A stretch of DNA of 64,000 nt. It comes from Caecitellus pseudoparvulus (lineage: Eukaryota; Protista; Bigyra: Bicosoecida). The stretch covers positions 310,001 to 374,000 of the forward strand of contig CBFFRQ010000078.1 in NCBI GenBank assembly GCA_965644315.1. Reading direction: 5' to 3'. The position numbers and the translations under genes were made by a program. This document shows positions 24,402-35,193 of this stretch, piece after piece. Below the pieces are notes generated by a model, which was not told where the DNA came from, ran no database searches, and saw only the letters and a list, made by a program, of their open reading frames with translations. The stretch's first letter is position 1, and each line of letters starts with the position of its first letter.

Positions 24402-27400
24402 TTACTGGTCCGCCTCAAAGCCCAGAACGTCATGTGTGAATGACGTGGCGCCCAGCACCACCGGCGCAGACACACCCTCCCCCATGAGCGTCTCCAACGC
24501 CTCACGCAGCTCAGCCTCGCTCATGGCTTCTGCCTTGCCGCGCAGGGCAGTAGAGAGCACGCGCCAGGGCAGCATGGTGCCGCCATCCTCCGTGTCGCCG
24601 TCTGGCGCCACTGCGAGGCCGCCGGCGATGGCAGCTGACACCTCCGCCCCCATCTCCGCATCCTCCTCACTTTCACGCACGAGGGCCAGGGCCTGTGCAA
24701 TGGCGCCCTTGCCCACGCCCAGGACAGGCCGGTGGTTCACGAATAGCCGAATGACTGTGGCCAGGCTGACACTGTCCACGACCGCCTTGCCTGCTTCGCC
24801 GCCGGCGTGGCGCACCTCCTGCAGCAAGGCATCCACCTCCGCCTCCGTAGGGTAGTACCCCAGCGCCCGCACGAGGTTGGGCACTTCGGAGAGGGGCAGC
24901 GTGTCGCCTGCGCGGCGCGGGTCTGTGCTGCCCTCGCCCTCGGAGCGGATCTGGGCATACGCGAAGAAGTCACAGATCTCCTGGTACAGGTCGCCGCCTG
25001 CACCCCCCTCCAGCATGCCCTCGAAGGGCGCCAGACCACCCCCTCCCTCGGCAGCAGCCGCAGCCAGTGCGCCCGTGTCCAGGCTCCACAGCCCCACCAT
25101 GCCGTCAGCTCCCCCTGCAGTGAGCAGGCCTGAGCCATCGCTCACCGCTGCCACGTCTGCAATCACGCCGGGGTGGGCGACCACCCCCGCCGACCGGTGT
25201 GGGTTGCCGTCCAGCGGCAGCAGCGTGACACCCACCACCTTGTCCCCCGTGCTGTACGCCATGAAGGGCGTGCGCAGGGGACTGCCGCCACCCACCCCCG
25301 CTCCGCCGGCGAAGGCAGTGGCAGTGGCCACCTGCTCTGGCGATGGGGTGGGCAGTTTGGCAAGGCGGGCGTCAGGGATGGGGACCAGGCGCGTGAGGGG
25401 GCCGCCGAAGGTGGGGCACAGCGTCGTGCGCCGCACGCCCAGGCCTGTGCCAGACAGCACCCTGCACCGGTACTCGTCCGTGGCACACAGGAGAAGCTGC
25501 TCTCGGATGCGCACACTGAGGTCTTCAGGTAGCCCGGACCCGCTGGCGTCGCCCCCTCCGCTCGCAGACGGCTCAGAAGGCGTGGAGGAGGGGCTCGTGG
25601 ACGTCGCCTCGGCCGTCCGTGGTTCCCCCTGCGCCTTGCCTGCCGACGCATCCCGGGCGACGGGGCCTTTGCTCGCAGGCGCTGTGGTGGGCGGCAGGGT
25701 GCCCGGCGCCTCGTCAAATGCCTGCAGGGCCGGCACGCCACGTGGGTACCACGTCAGGGCAGTGGGCACAGCCGACTGCTCCACCTTCACACGGGGGTGC
25801 TTGATGACCAGGCCACCCGTGACGCAGCAGCGCAGGGCGTCATACAGTGTCACACGGCGGTCTTCCCCCACTGACGCCAGCAGGGGCGCACCAGCCACCA
25901 CTTCCGCGCCAGAGCCTGCCCCACCCACTATGCTGCGGGCAGGCACGTCCTCCTCCGTGCCGGCGTACGCGTCGTCGCCCGCGTCCCGTGGGGCGGCGGG
26001 GTCCCCCACGCCGAACGACAGATCCACGATGGGCTGGGAGTGCGAGCGGGCTCGGCCGATGAACACCCACGCGTCCACGACGGTCTTGGTGCGCGTCTCG
26101 CCCTCCTCCAACTGCCACTCCCGCTTGGCCCCCGCTGAGGCGTCGTCCACTGCTGTGCGCAGGTGGCGGTACAGACACACGTGGCGACTGGCATCCGCCG
26201 TGGCGAGGAAGCGCCCACAGTGGGAGTAGGCCAGGTGTGTGATGGCGCCGCCCGCCGCAGTCAGGGGCTCCTGCACGTCAGTCAACTGACTGCCGTGCAC
26301 CACCAGCACCGCCCCCTGCGCAGTGCCGATGGCGGCTGTGGTGCCAGTGGCATCCCACGCCACCGCCGTGGGCGTGTAGGCGCCGCTGTCCAACAGGCGC
26401 ACCATGAGCAGGCGGCGGTCTGACAGGTCCCACAGCTGCAAGCTGCCCGTGTCCGTCACTGTCAGCATCTGGGTGTCGGAGGGGTCTGGGTGCGCCGCCA
26501 CAGCCACCACGGCCCCCGCCATGCCCTGCACCAGCACTGTGCCCTGCCGCTCCGCAACGGTGAGCCGGGCAAAGGCGGAGCCCTGCATGCCCACGATGAG
26601 AGATCGCGTGGTGCCCACGACGAAGTCCGGGATGGAGAAGGCGCCCTGTGGCGTGATGGCGTCGGCGGCCCCCCGCGCGGCAGCACCCAGCCACGAAGCC
26701 CCCACAGCCCCGCCTGGCGCCGCGAAGGAGATGGAGGTGACGGGTCCGGCGTTCATGTCGTCGAACCACGCCACCAGGCGCAGGCCGTAGTCAAAGAACC
26801 GCACCGCGCCATCGGCATCCCCCACTGCCAAGTACTCCCCCACCAGGGTCAGGGTGAGCACGGGGATAGCAGCAGGCGTGCCAGTGAAGCCGGGCAGCGT
26901 GGAGGAGTCGTCCTGCGTCACCCGCACCATCTTCATGGCGGATTTGTCGCCGAAGCGGCCCTCTGCCAGGGCTGACGGCGGCGCGTCCCACAGCACCACC
27001 TCCCCGGACAGCGTGCCAGTGAGTGCCTGCGTCGTGCCCGGCATGAACGTGGACACGGTGAAGGGCGCCACTGCGCCGCCCAGCTGCTTGGAGGAGATGG
27101 GCGGCGCGAAGAAAGACAGCTCCCCCACCTCCTCCTCCCCGCCCTTGCCCTCGCTTGCCCCTGGGGCAGGTGGCTCCACCGTCCAGAACACCACCCGCTC
27201 AGGGCCCGTCGTGACCAGCTCGTCCACGTTGGCTGGGTTGATGCTGACGTGCGTGTGGGTGTCGTGGGTGGGCAGCTCGGCCGCCGCCACGGGGGTCGAG
27301 CGATCAGCGGCCCAGTCCCACAGCGCCAACACCTGTGCTTCGGAGGCGCCCTTGGGCACATGGGACAGCGTGGCCAGGCGGTTGCCGTCTGGCGTCAGCG

Positions 27401-27989
27401 CCACCGCAGCGACGCCGTCTGGGTGTGCGTTGGTCAGGGTTCGCACGGGGGCGCCAGAGTAGCTGTCCCACACCACCACCATGGAATCCGGCCCCGCGTC
27501 GGCAGTGACAATCCACCGCTTGTCCAGGCTCACGCATGTCGCGGAGATGGCGTTGCACTGTGCGGGGGGGGTGGGGGGCAGTGCAGAGTGTTGGGCAGTC
27601 ATGGTAGAGAAGGCGAGCCAGCGACGGCGTTGCACACGCACATGACCCAGCAACAGCTGCTGTTTGTCTTCCGCAACGTCATACAACACGCCCACATGTG
27701 CAGTCACGTAGAAGAGCAGCTGTGGAGAGGCAAAGCGAAGGGCAGGGGGCGTGGCTTGGGCACCTGCGCGATGAGGGATCGACTGGCTGAGCCACGCACA
27801 TCCCGCTCCGCATCCGCAAGTGTGTGAGCTCCCTCCTTGATTTCACTGTTGAAACCGAAAGCCCAATCAAGTGTCTGTGTGGAAAACAGGAGGAGTTGTG
27901 CCACACAGGCCTGGGAAGGCCGCGCCACGGCCAACACCCACCAGAGCTGGCTCAGCATCAATTCCCGCTCCCTCACGCCCGCTCGCCAT
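24402..27989 (-). CDS. CFAP251: Cilia/flagella-associated WD40 protein CFAP251/WDR66-like with C-terminal EF-hand-like region
   Basis: LDWAFGFN, FYVTAHVGVLYD, LLGH/CNAISATCVSLDKRWIVTADAGPDSMVVVWD, VRFFDYGLRLVAWF, LPLDGNPHRSAGVVAHPG and EICDFFAYAQIRSEG...LVRALGYYPTEAEV, all typical of WDR66/FAP251. Several short 5' introns; the start position is approximate. Confidence 0.88.
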
Positions 27990-28755
27990 GCTGCCTCCCC
28001 TGCCACAACAAGGCCAAGACCGCAGTAAGAAAGTAGCCTCGCATGAGAGAAGCACGGGTTGGACAACTAAGCACGTCTGCTGTCTTATTTTAGTTTGTCG
28101 TGATGTTTTGTGGTGCATTTGGTTAACTTCTATCCAACTCCCGGGCCAAAGGTCTTTTCGCAACCCGCACTTTTGTTATCCCTTCTGACGTTGTGTCCCT
28201 GCGCAAGATGAAAGCACGTCTAAGGGGCGAGATGAGCCTGGGCCGCTTGTGCTTTCGTGTAGTTTCCATGAACGGAAGATGCACTTCACAGACTGAAGCA
28301 GAGTCGCACCTCAAACACGCCCACCCTCTTCTCCACACAAACTAGAGCTGTAGCCGCACGCCCCCTGCACTCCCTACCACGTCACAAAACACTCACCATT
28401 TCGTGCTCCCCCAGCCCCCCTCGCTTTTTCCATGCCACGTGGGCTGCTTGGTTTCGCGAGCACGCTGGCAAGACCTGAGGAGGGCCAGGACCACCAACTG
28501 AGGGGCTGGACTTTGGAACGCGAGCCCGACACGACCATATTTGTCTGCAGGCGGAGCTTCATCGCACGTTCACTTGCTCCCACTGCGTGCTGCCGGTCGC
28601 ACTTCCCAGCTCAAGGCGCAGGAAGGGTGAGAGGCGTCCGTTGTGGGTGCCATTTCCGCAACCAGCTTGCAAGGGCTCCCGCGTGCCGTTTGCAAAGCAC
28701 AGATTCACCAGCAGCTAGGACAGAGCCGGGCGGTTTAAAACAGCCTCCACAAACC

Positions 28756-31700
28756 ATGGACATTGATCGCAGCTTGCTGGGGGACAGCATGGTGTCCAAG
28801 GCCGACAGTGTTGGCGCTTCGTTCTTGGCAGGCGGAGGGCAGTTGGGGCAGGCTGCCGCTGCAGCCCACGACGCCGCCTTCATCGACGCCGCACTGCCGG
28901 TGTGTCCGCCTGACGCGGAAAGCAGTGATGGGGAGGAAGGGGATGCCGTCTTGGCCACGGGCCGTGAAGCGGGTGACGCGACGTCCCTGGCGAACTTGCG
29001 TGCGGCGGCAGCTGCAGCGCAGCGTAGCACCGTGGCGAGTGAAGGCACCCCGCCGAGTCAACTGGCGCCCCTGCACCACATGCTAGCGAATGAAGGGCGC
29101 CTGTGGGCCCTCGTCAGCCACCTGGCAGTGTATGACTTTGGCAGGGCCGTGACGCCTGCACGGAGCGAGCCCCTGCCAGCCGACGCAGCAGCACACCACT
29201 CGCGGGAGGCGGAGCTGGCCCTGGCGTCACACGCCGAGCTGCAGCTGCTGCATGCAGTGGTGGCATGGGGGCACTCCACCCACACTGCCCGCATCGTGCT
29301 GCCCAGCACGGCAGTGTCTGGCAAGGGGGACTCAGCCGCCAGTGTGGCTGCTGCGAATGCCCGGGCATGGCAGGGGGGTGCAGGGGGCATTGCGGATGTC
29401 TTTGCGTTCCTGGGGCCTGAGGCGGTGCAGGAGACCACTGATGGGCGCAGTGGCGAGCTGGTGGCGCCGGCGCTGACCCCCGGCGCTTGGCCCGCCACAC
29501 ACAAGGCGGGCGGTGGCGACGGCGATGGCCATGGTGGTAGCTGCCGCGGTGATGCCGATGCCCCCCGCCTGACCCTGCACCAGCAGGACCAGGCAGGCGA
29601 GGTGGACCTGCTGCGGTCCGTGTGGCACCTGCTGCGGGCTGGGCACCCACGCTACGCCCGTCTGCTGTGCCAGCTGTACGGCCAGTCGTGGCGGGCAGCC
29701 ACTCTGCTGGGCCCAGAGGCACCGGTGGACACGCACGTGGACGGCGTGCGGGACCCCACCTTGGTGGCCACGCTGGGCTTCCTGCCGTCAGAGGCGGCGC
29801 CCCAGCCGGCCATCGTGGACTTCGTGCGGCGGGGCAACCCAGGCATGGCGGCTTGGCGCGCCATTGCCAGGCGCTTCGCTGCCAGCCGAGCTGGGGAGGC
29901 GCTGGGCGATGCGGGAGACGGGGTTGTGCGGGATGGCGCCGCTCTGGAGGCGGCCGTGTACGCTCTGCTGAGCGGGGACACGGGCACGCTGCTGCGGCTG
30001 CCGCAGGCGGTGGGGTCGTGGTGGGATGGGCTGTGGGTGGCAGCTCACACGACCCTGACCAACGCGGTGCAACACCACATGCAGGGCTATGCAGAGCGGT
30101 GCGAGGGGGCTGTGCAGGGCGGGGTGACTGACGACAGCGGCGCGGCGACGGGGACACGCCCAGCTACCGACGTGGAGTCACTGCTGGCCACGGTGGAGCG
30201 CGAGGCTGCCAAGCGAGCTGCTGCCTCTGCCGCTGCTGAGCAAGGCGCATCCCGTGCGGGACCGACTTCTCTGGCCCTCACGGGTGGCGGGAGTCTGAGT
30301 GCTTCTGGCCTGCTCTCACCAGTAGGCAGTGCTGCTCCCGCTGGGGCCGTCAGCGGCGGGTGGGTGGACGGGGACACAGCGTGGACGGCAGTGGCTGCCA
30401 GCCTGCTCCGGTGTGCTCAGGACCCCGGCACGGTGGGCAGCGTGCTCGCCACCCTCGTCACCGCCACGACACAGGCGTCCCTGGCTCGCACCGTCGCGGC
30501 AGCCGTCGCAGCGGGCGGGCAGGGTGCCGACCCCGATGCCTCAGCCAGCGTCTCCCAGGGCGCTCTCGCCTCCACCCTCTCCCGTGTGCGCGCATCTCTC
30601 TTTGGCAGCACACAGCTGCAGGGCAGCGTGTCAGCCGCGGGGGCGGCGAGCTCAGCAGTGGGGGCCGCCGTCGTGCCTCTCCTACGCTGTGCGGCGTTGC
30701 TCGTGACGCACCTGCGTCGCCATGGGGCGGCATCTGCCCTGCCTTCACCCTCCGACGCCTGGGCCCCCGGTGCAGGCCACCGCCTGGGACCCGCCTGTCG
30801 TCGTGGACCGCCCTCGCTGGCGCCCGACGCACTGGCCGCAGCGCCAGCCGTGTGGCGCAACGGGGATGTCGTGCTGGGTCGGTACGTGGTGCACCTGGCT
30901 CGCACGGAGCAAGATGAAGCCATGGTGCGTGTGGCTGCGCAGCTGCACCACGCCGCGGGGGTGCCGCTGCTGGCCCACGCACTGGTGGGGCGTGTCCTCC
31001 TGCCGCCTTCTGCCACGCACTCCAGCGCACCACTCGGTGCCGAGGTGGTGGACCCCGTGGCGGCCGTGCCGGGAGCTCTGCGCCTCATCCAGTGCCTGCT
31101 GCTGCACACGCCTTTGTGGGCACGGGCGGTGTGCCGTGTGGCGGCTGCTCACCTCCTCGCCATGGGCCGAGCAGAGCAGGCAGGGGGGGAAGTGGACTCG
31201 GCCTATGCGCCAGCGCCTGTTGTGGCGGTGGGCGTGCTGCCCCAGCACTGGCGTGTCTGCCAGGCGGTGGCTCTGGGCATGGCTGCGGGGCGCTCCCGCA
31301 CGCGCCTAGCAGTGGCAGAGACACCCTGCCTCGCCCCACCAGGCTGGGAGTTCGTGCTCGACGCCGTGGCAGTGGCCAACGCAGGCAGCCGGTGGCTAGC
31401 CATGCAGGCCGCCCAGCCTGGCACCGGCGTGCGTGTGGGAGCCTTCCAAAGCGCAGCAGCTGCTTGCCAGCTGCTGTGGCAGGGCCTGGGCCAGGCTGCA
31501 GTGGGGGGTGCCTCTGGCCCTCTGCGCACGGCCATGACACGGGGAGGGCAGGGTGTGCCAGATGCCGTGGGTGCCTCCAAGCGCCAGCTGCTGGGACGCG
31601 TGGGCAGTGGCGTGCCTGCCCTGGTGCCACCCGCTGCTGCCGAGGCTGTGCGGGATGGCCTGGAGGGGGGGTCCGAGGCGGAGGTGGAGGGGCCCTCAGC

Positions 31701-32613
31701 GCCCCTCCGCGGCACTGGTGGCGTGCTGGCTGTGCTGGAGGAGGCACAGGCCTGGGGCGCCTGGGGCGTCTTCCTCTCAGCGCTGCAGGACTGGCAGGTG
31801 GTGCGGTGCAGCCTGCTGCCACAGCCCGCCCCCGGCTCCCACGTGCGGGTCCTGCTGGATGCGGCAGCTGCCACCGCGTCTGCCATGCAGGGGTCCCTGC
31901 AGGCGTTGGGCACGGCCGTGGGGGCACTCTCCGATCCACGGGCTGTCTGGCTTGCGGGTTGCGAGGAGGGGGCGACTGTGCTGTTGGAGGGGGACCCACA
32001 CCCCCCCCGGGCTGGGCTGGAGGCTGGCACGACAGGTGTGCGTGTGGAGACTCTGGCCGCTACGGGCGTGCCCGAGCAACACGCGGCGGCGACAGCGGAG
32101 TGGTCTGCAGCCTGCGTGCCGTGCCTGGACCAGGTGCAGGCCGCCACGCTGCCCTTCGTCGTCAGTCGCTTGCAGGGCGCCCTCGTGTCCAGCGCCAGGT
32201 GGGTGGTGGGCGCCGAATGGCCTGCCGGGGTGTGGCGGGCGCCGCCCACCACCCGCGGCACCGCCGTGGCCTTGCAGCGCCAGGGGCTGCCCTTGGCAGC
32301 CGCGTGGGCTGGTCAGGCGGTGGACACCCTGGCCGCCTGTGCCGGGCGTGTGAGTGGGGAGGCTGCCTGGGCAGACGCCGCGGCTGCAGTCCAGGCAGCC
32401 TTGAGCCTGCTCTCCACCCTCCCCGTGGGGGTGGAAGTAACACAGCCAGAGGATGAGGGGGCAGTGGCACCGGGCAGTGCGACCCCGGCCCGCCAACCGC
32501 CCGTTTTGCCTGGGGAGCTGTCCTTCGCTTCCTCCCCTGGCATGAGCCCGGGTCCGGGCATGGATGCCAGCGCTGAGGACGCGGACCTCATTGCGGAGAT
32601 GCTGCAGGGGTGA
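28756..32613 (+). CDS. NUP107: Nucleoporin Nup107/Nup84-like (divergent, Ala-rich)
   Basis: Ordered family motifs EVDLLRSVWHLLRAG...ARLLCQLYGQSWRAATLLG, GNP...WR, LEAAVYALLSGD and SWWDGLW. ATG at 28756 (MDIDRS) within ORF 28432..32613. Confidence 0.75.
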   Translation: MDIDRSLLGDSMVSKADSVGASFLAGGGQLGQAAAAAHDAAFIDAALPVCPPDAESSDGEEGDAVLATGREAGDATSLANLRAAAAAAQRSTVASEGTPPSQLAPLHHMLANEGRLWALVSHLAVYDFGRAVTPARSEPLPADAAAHHSREAELALASHAELQLLHAVVAWGHSTHTARIVLPSTAVSGKGDSAASVAAANARAWQGGAGGIADVFAFLGPEAVQETTDGRSGELVAPALTPGAWPATHKAGGGDGDGHGGSCRGDADAPRLTLHQQDQAGEVDLLRSVWHLLRAGHPRYARLLCQLYGQSWRAATLLGPEAPVDTHVDGVRDPTLVATLGFLPSEAAPQPAIVDFVRRGNPGMAAWRAIARRFAASRAGEALGDAGDGVVRDGAALEAAVYALLSGDTGTLLRLPQAVGSWWDGLWVAAHTTLTNAVQHHMQGYAERCEGAVQGGVTDDSGAATGTRPATDVESLLATVEREAAKRAAASAAAEQGASRAGPTSLALTGGGSLSASGLLSPVGSAAPAGAVSGGWVDGDTAWTAVAASLLRCAQDPGTVGSVLATLVTATTQASLARTVAAAVAAGGQGADPDASASVSQGALASTLSRVRASLFGSTQLQGSVSAAGAASSAVGAAVVPLLRCAALLVTHLRRHGAASALPSPSDAWAPGAGHRLGPACRRGPPSLAPDALAAAPAVWRNGDVVLGRYVVHLARTEQDEAMVRVAAQLHHAAGVPLLAHALVGRVLLPPSATHSSAPLGAEVVDPVAAVPGALRLIQCLLLHTPLWARAVCRVAAAHLLAMGRAEQAGGEVDSAYAPAPVVAVGVLPQHWRVCQAVALGMAAGRSRTRLAVAETPCLAPPGWEFVLDAVAVANAGSRWLAMQAAQPGTGVRVGAFQSAAAACQLLWQGLGQAAVGGASGPLRTAMTRGGQGVPDAVGASKRQLLGRVGSGVPALVPPAAAEAVRDGLEGGSEAEVEGPSAPLRGTGGVLAVLEEAQAWGAWGVFLSALQDWQVVRCSLLPQPAPGSHVRVLLDAAAATASAMQGSLQALGTAVGALSDPRAVWLAGCEEGATVLLEGDPHPPRAGLEAGTTGVRVETLAATGVPEQHAAATAEWSAACVPCLDQVQAATLPFVVSRLQGALVSSARWVVGAEWPAGVWRAPPTTRGTAVALQRQGLPLAAAWAGQAVDTLAACAGRVSGEAAWADAAAAVQAALSLLSTLPVGVEVTQPEDEGAVAPGSATPARQPPVLPGELSFASSPGMSPGPGMDASAEDADLIAEMLQG

Positions 32614-32635
32614 AGGGGTCATGCAGTACCATGCA

Positions 32636-34863
32636 TTAGTGCAGGTGGGAGCGGGTGGGGGGTGCCACGTTCGGGGCGGGTCCGGAGTTCCCACTCGTGG
32701 TGCCGTGGGGGGCAGAGCCGTCCCCCCCCCCGCCGCCGCCTGCCACGAAGGGGGCAAAAGAGAAGTCTTCCGAGTCAGAGCGGGCGTGCGTGAGGCCGGG
32801 GGCTTCCGGCAAGTCGAATGCAAGGGAGTCGGAGGACCCCATGATGCGGCTGCGGGCCATGGTGGGCCCACCCGCCGCTGCACGGGGCTCCCCTGCGAGG
32901 GAGTCCTCGCCAAAGCTGCCGCGGGGTGCTGCAACGCCGCCCCCACTGACGCCGCCCCACATGCCTTGCTCTCCCACCAGCGCGCCTCTGGACATGCCTG
33001 CAGAGGCAGTGGGCAGCTCCCCCCCCCCTCCCTGCCCGAGACTGAAGGGGTCTGGCGCATCAATGGAGAAGGGGTGATCGCCCCCACCGACGGCCCCCAT
33101 GCCCAGGTCGTAGTCATCCGCATCTCCGTGGTACGAGGGGGGTGCTGCCGCGGATGCCATGCCCACCAAGTCCGTGTCAGACGCCGACCTCCCCCCTGTC
33201 GTGCTGGCCGGGTGCCCGCCGCCCACGCTGGAGCCACCATCCCCGTGCCCCTTGGCCATGCCAGCTGCCAGCCCGCCCCCCGCCGTGAGCTGAGGCATCA
33301 TGTGGCGCTGGCCGGATGCAGGCGCGGGGGCTTGCAGCAGCAGCCCAGGATTGCCCTGCCCTGCCCCCCCCCCTCGAGCCGCCTGCACCGTCTGCCCTGC
33401 GTGGCTCGTTTTCACCTGCTCCAGCCAGGCACTCTCGGCGTACACCAGCCCCTCCCACCGCGTGAGGTCGTCCAGAGACATGAAAGCACCCGTGAACTTG
33501 CCCGCGCTCTGCACCAGAATGGCACGCAGGCGCTGCAGACGCTTTTGCAGTGTGCCCAGCTTCGCCCCCATCGTGGCCAGGACGCTGCGAGGCACAGTGG
33601 CCAGCACATTGTCATCCAGTGCCGCGTCCACTTGCTGCCGTGCGGCGAAGTACCCGTGCGCATACGACATGACCTTGCCCAGCTGCTGGTTGAAGGCTTC
33701 CACACGACGGGCATGTTCGGCGTCTGCTGGCGGGGGGGCGGGTGCCGACGCTGAGGGTGCCGGGTGCGACGACGCGCCCATCCCACCGCTGCCGCCGCCG
33801 CCGCCGACCTCAAGCGCTGCCATGCGGGCCGTGAGGTGGTGTACCTCAGCACTCACTCGGCGAAAGCCGCCTTCTGTCGCTTCTTGGTGCCGGGTCAGGT
33901 GCTGGATGTTGGCCGCCAGAGACGTCACGAACTCCTTGAGCGTGGCCACCTCCCGCGCCACAGAGGAGGTCTGTCCCCCTGCCACTGCCGCCACGCCCAC
34001 TGTCGTGCCTGCCTGGGGGTCGAAGGCAGGCTCCATGGCCCTGCGCTTGTGGCCCCCTGTCGTGCCACCAGATGCACCCGGCATGCTCGCCAGAGAACCC
34101 AGTGAAAAGCTGCCGCCCAGGGTGGGGGGGCCGTAAGCTGCTGTTGACAAGGGTGTGGGCGCTGAAGAGTGCGCTGGGGAGGGGGGCACAGTGCCCCCAC
34201 GAGAGCTGGCCGGGCGGTATGCACCCGGGCCACCACCAAGGCTGACATCACCCTCCTCGTCGTCGTCCCCTGGCGAGGTGGCTGACCGCGCAGCGTGCAC
34301 ACGGCGGGCCGAAGCAATGTCCACCGTGCCCCGGGAATCTGGCTGCTTGCGCTTGTTCTTGCAAGGGCACTCGGCCAGGCCGGCGTCCACACACCGATGG
34401 TACCACTTCCCGTTGCCGTCCTTGACGCAGCAGCAGCGCGCAGAACACTTCGGGCACCGCCCTGCAAAGTACTGCAGCAGCAAGTCCACACACGCCTCAC
34501 GATCACACACCGCCAAGCCCTGGCGAGCGTTCTGGCCCTCTGACCGGGCCTGCACACAAGTACCATTCCTGCACCGGTAAAATACACGCTTGGGGTTGCT
34601 CTTGCTGTGCCCTGAACAGAAGTGGCACGTCAGCCGCATGCCCTCGTCTGCGCAAGTGTCACGGAGCCAGTGCGGAAATTCGACAAGTGCACTGCACTAG
34701 CGCAGAGAGCAGCCCCAGCGCACAGGATCGCCTCACCTCCCCGGACGCGTTCAAAATTCACCAGAAGTGGGTCACCATGTTCATGAGCCAGTGCATGAAG
34801 CTCCGCCTGCTCCTTCTCTGCACGTGCAGCGTTCCGTGTGCTGCGCGCTGCTGCAGAAGCCAT
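32636..34863 (-). CDS. Cys-rich zinc-finger protein (loosely zf-4CXXC_R1/CDCA7-like spacing) with central coiled coil; putative nuclear regulator
   Basis: Exon 1 (34863-34737) splices in phase 1 to 34647. TCHFC...C...C...C...C...CPKCSARCCC...C...CPC is followed by basic KNKRK, a coiled-coil segment and a low-complexity Gly/Ala tail. Confidence 0.65.
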
Positions 34864-35193
34864 TGCAGGCTGGTGCTGGCGTATCCCTGCTCCGTTGAAT
34901 CAACGGATTTAGAGAGCTTCACCAACATGCGAAACCAGACAACAAAACCATGATTTAAAATGAAACGGTACGATGCATGGTTTGGTTTTGAACCGCGACA
35001 AGCAACATGAGGAGTGATCCCCCTCACCAATCAGCGAAAACCCATCTTCTTGGAAGCCCATTCGCGGGTGCATTCTGAAGGAGTCGGGGACTGCCCACGT
35101 GCCTGCACCCATACTCTGCTGGGAACACTCACCCAGCTTCCGGGGTGGCACTTGTACACATAGTGCCAGACGTTGGGGGCCGTCTCGACAGAC

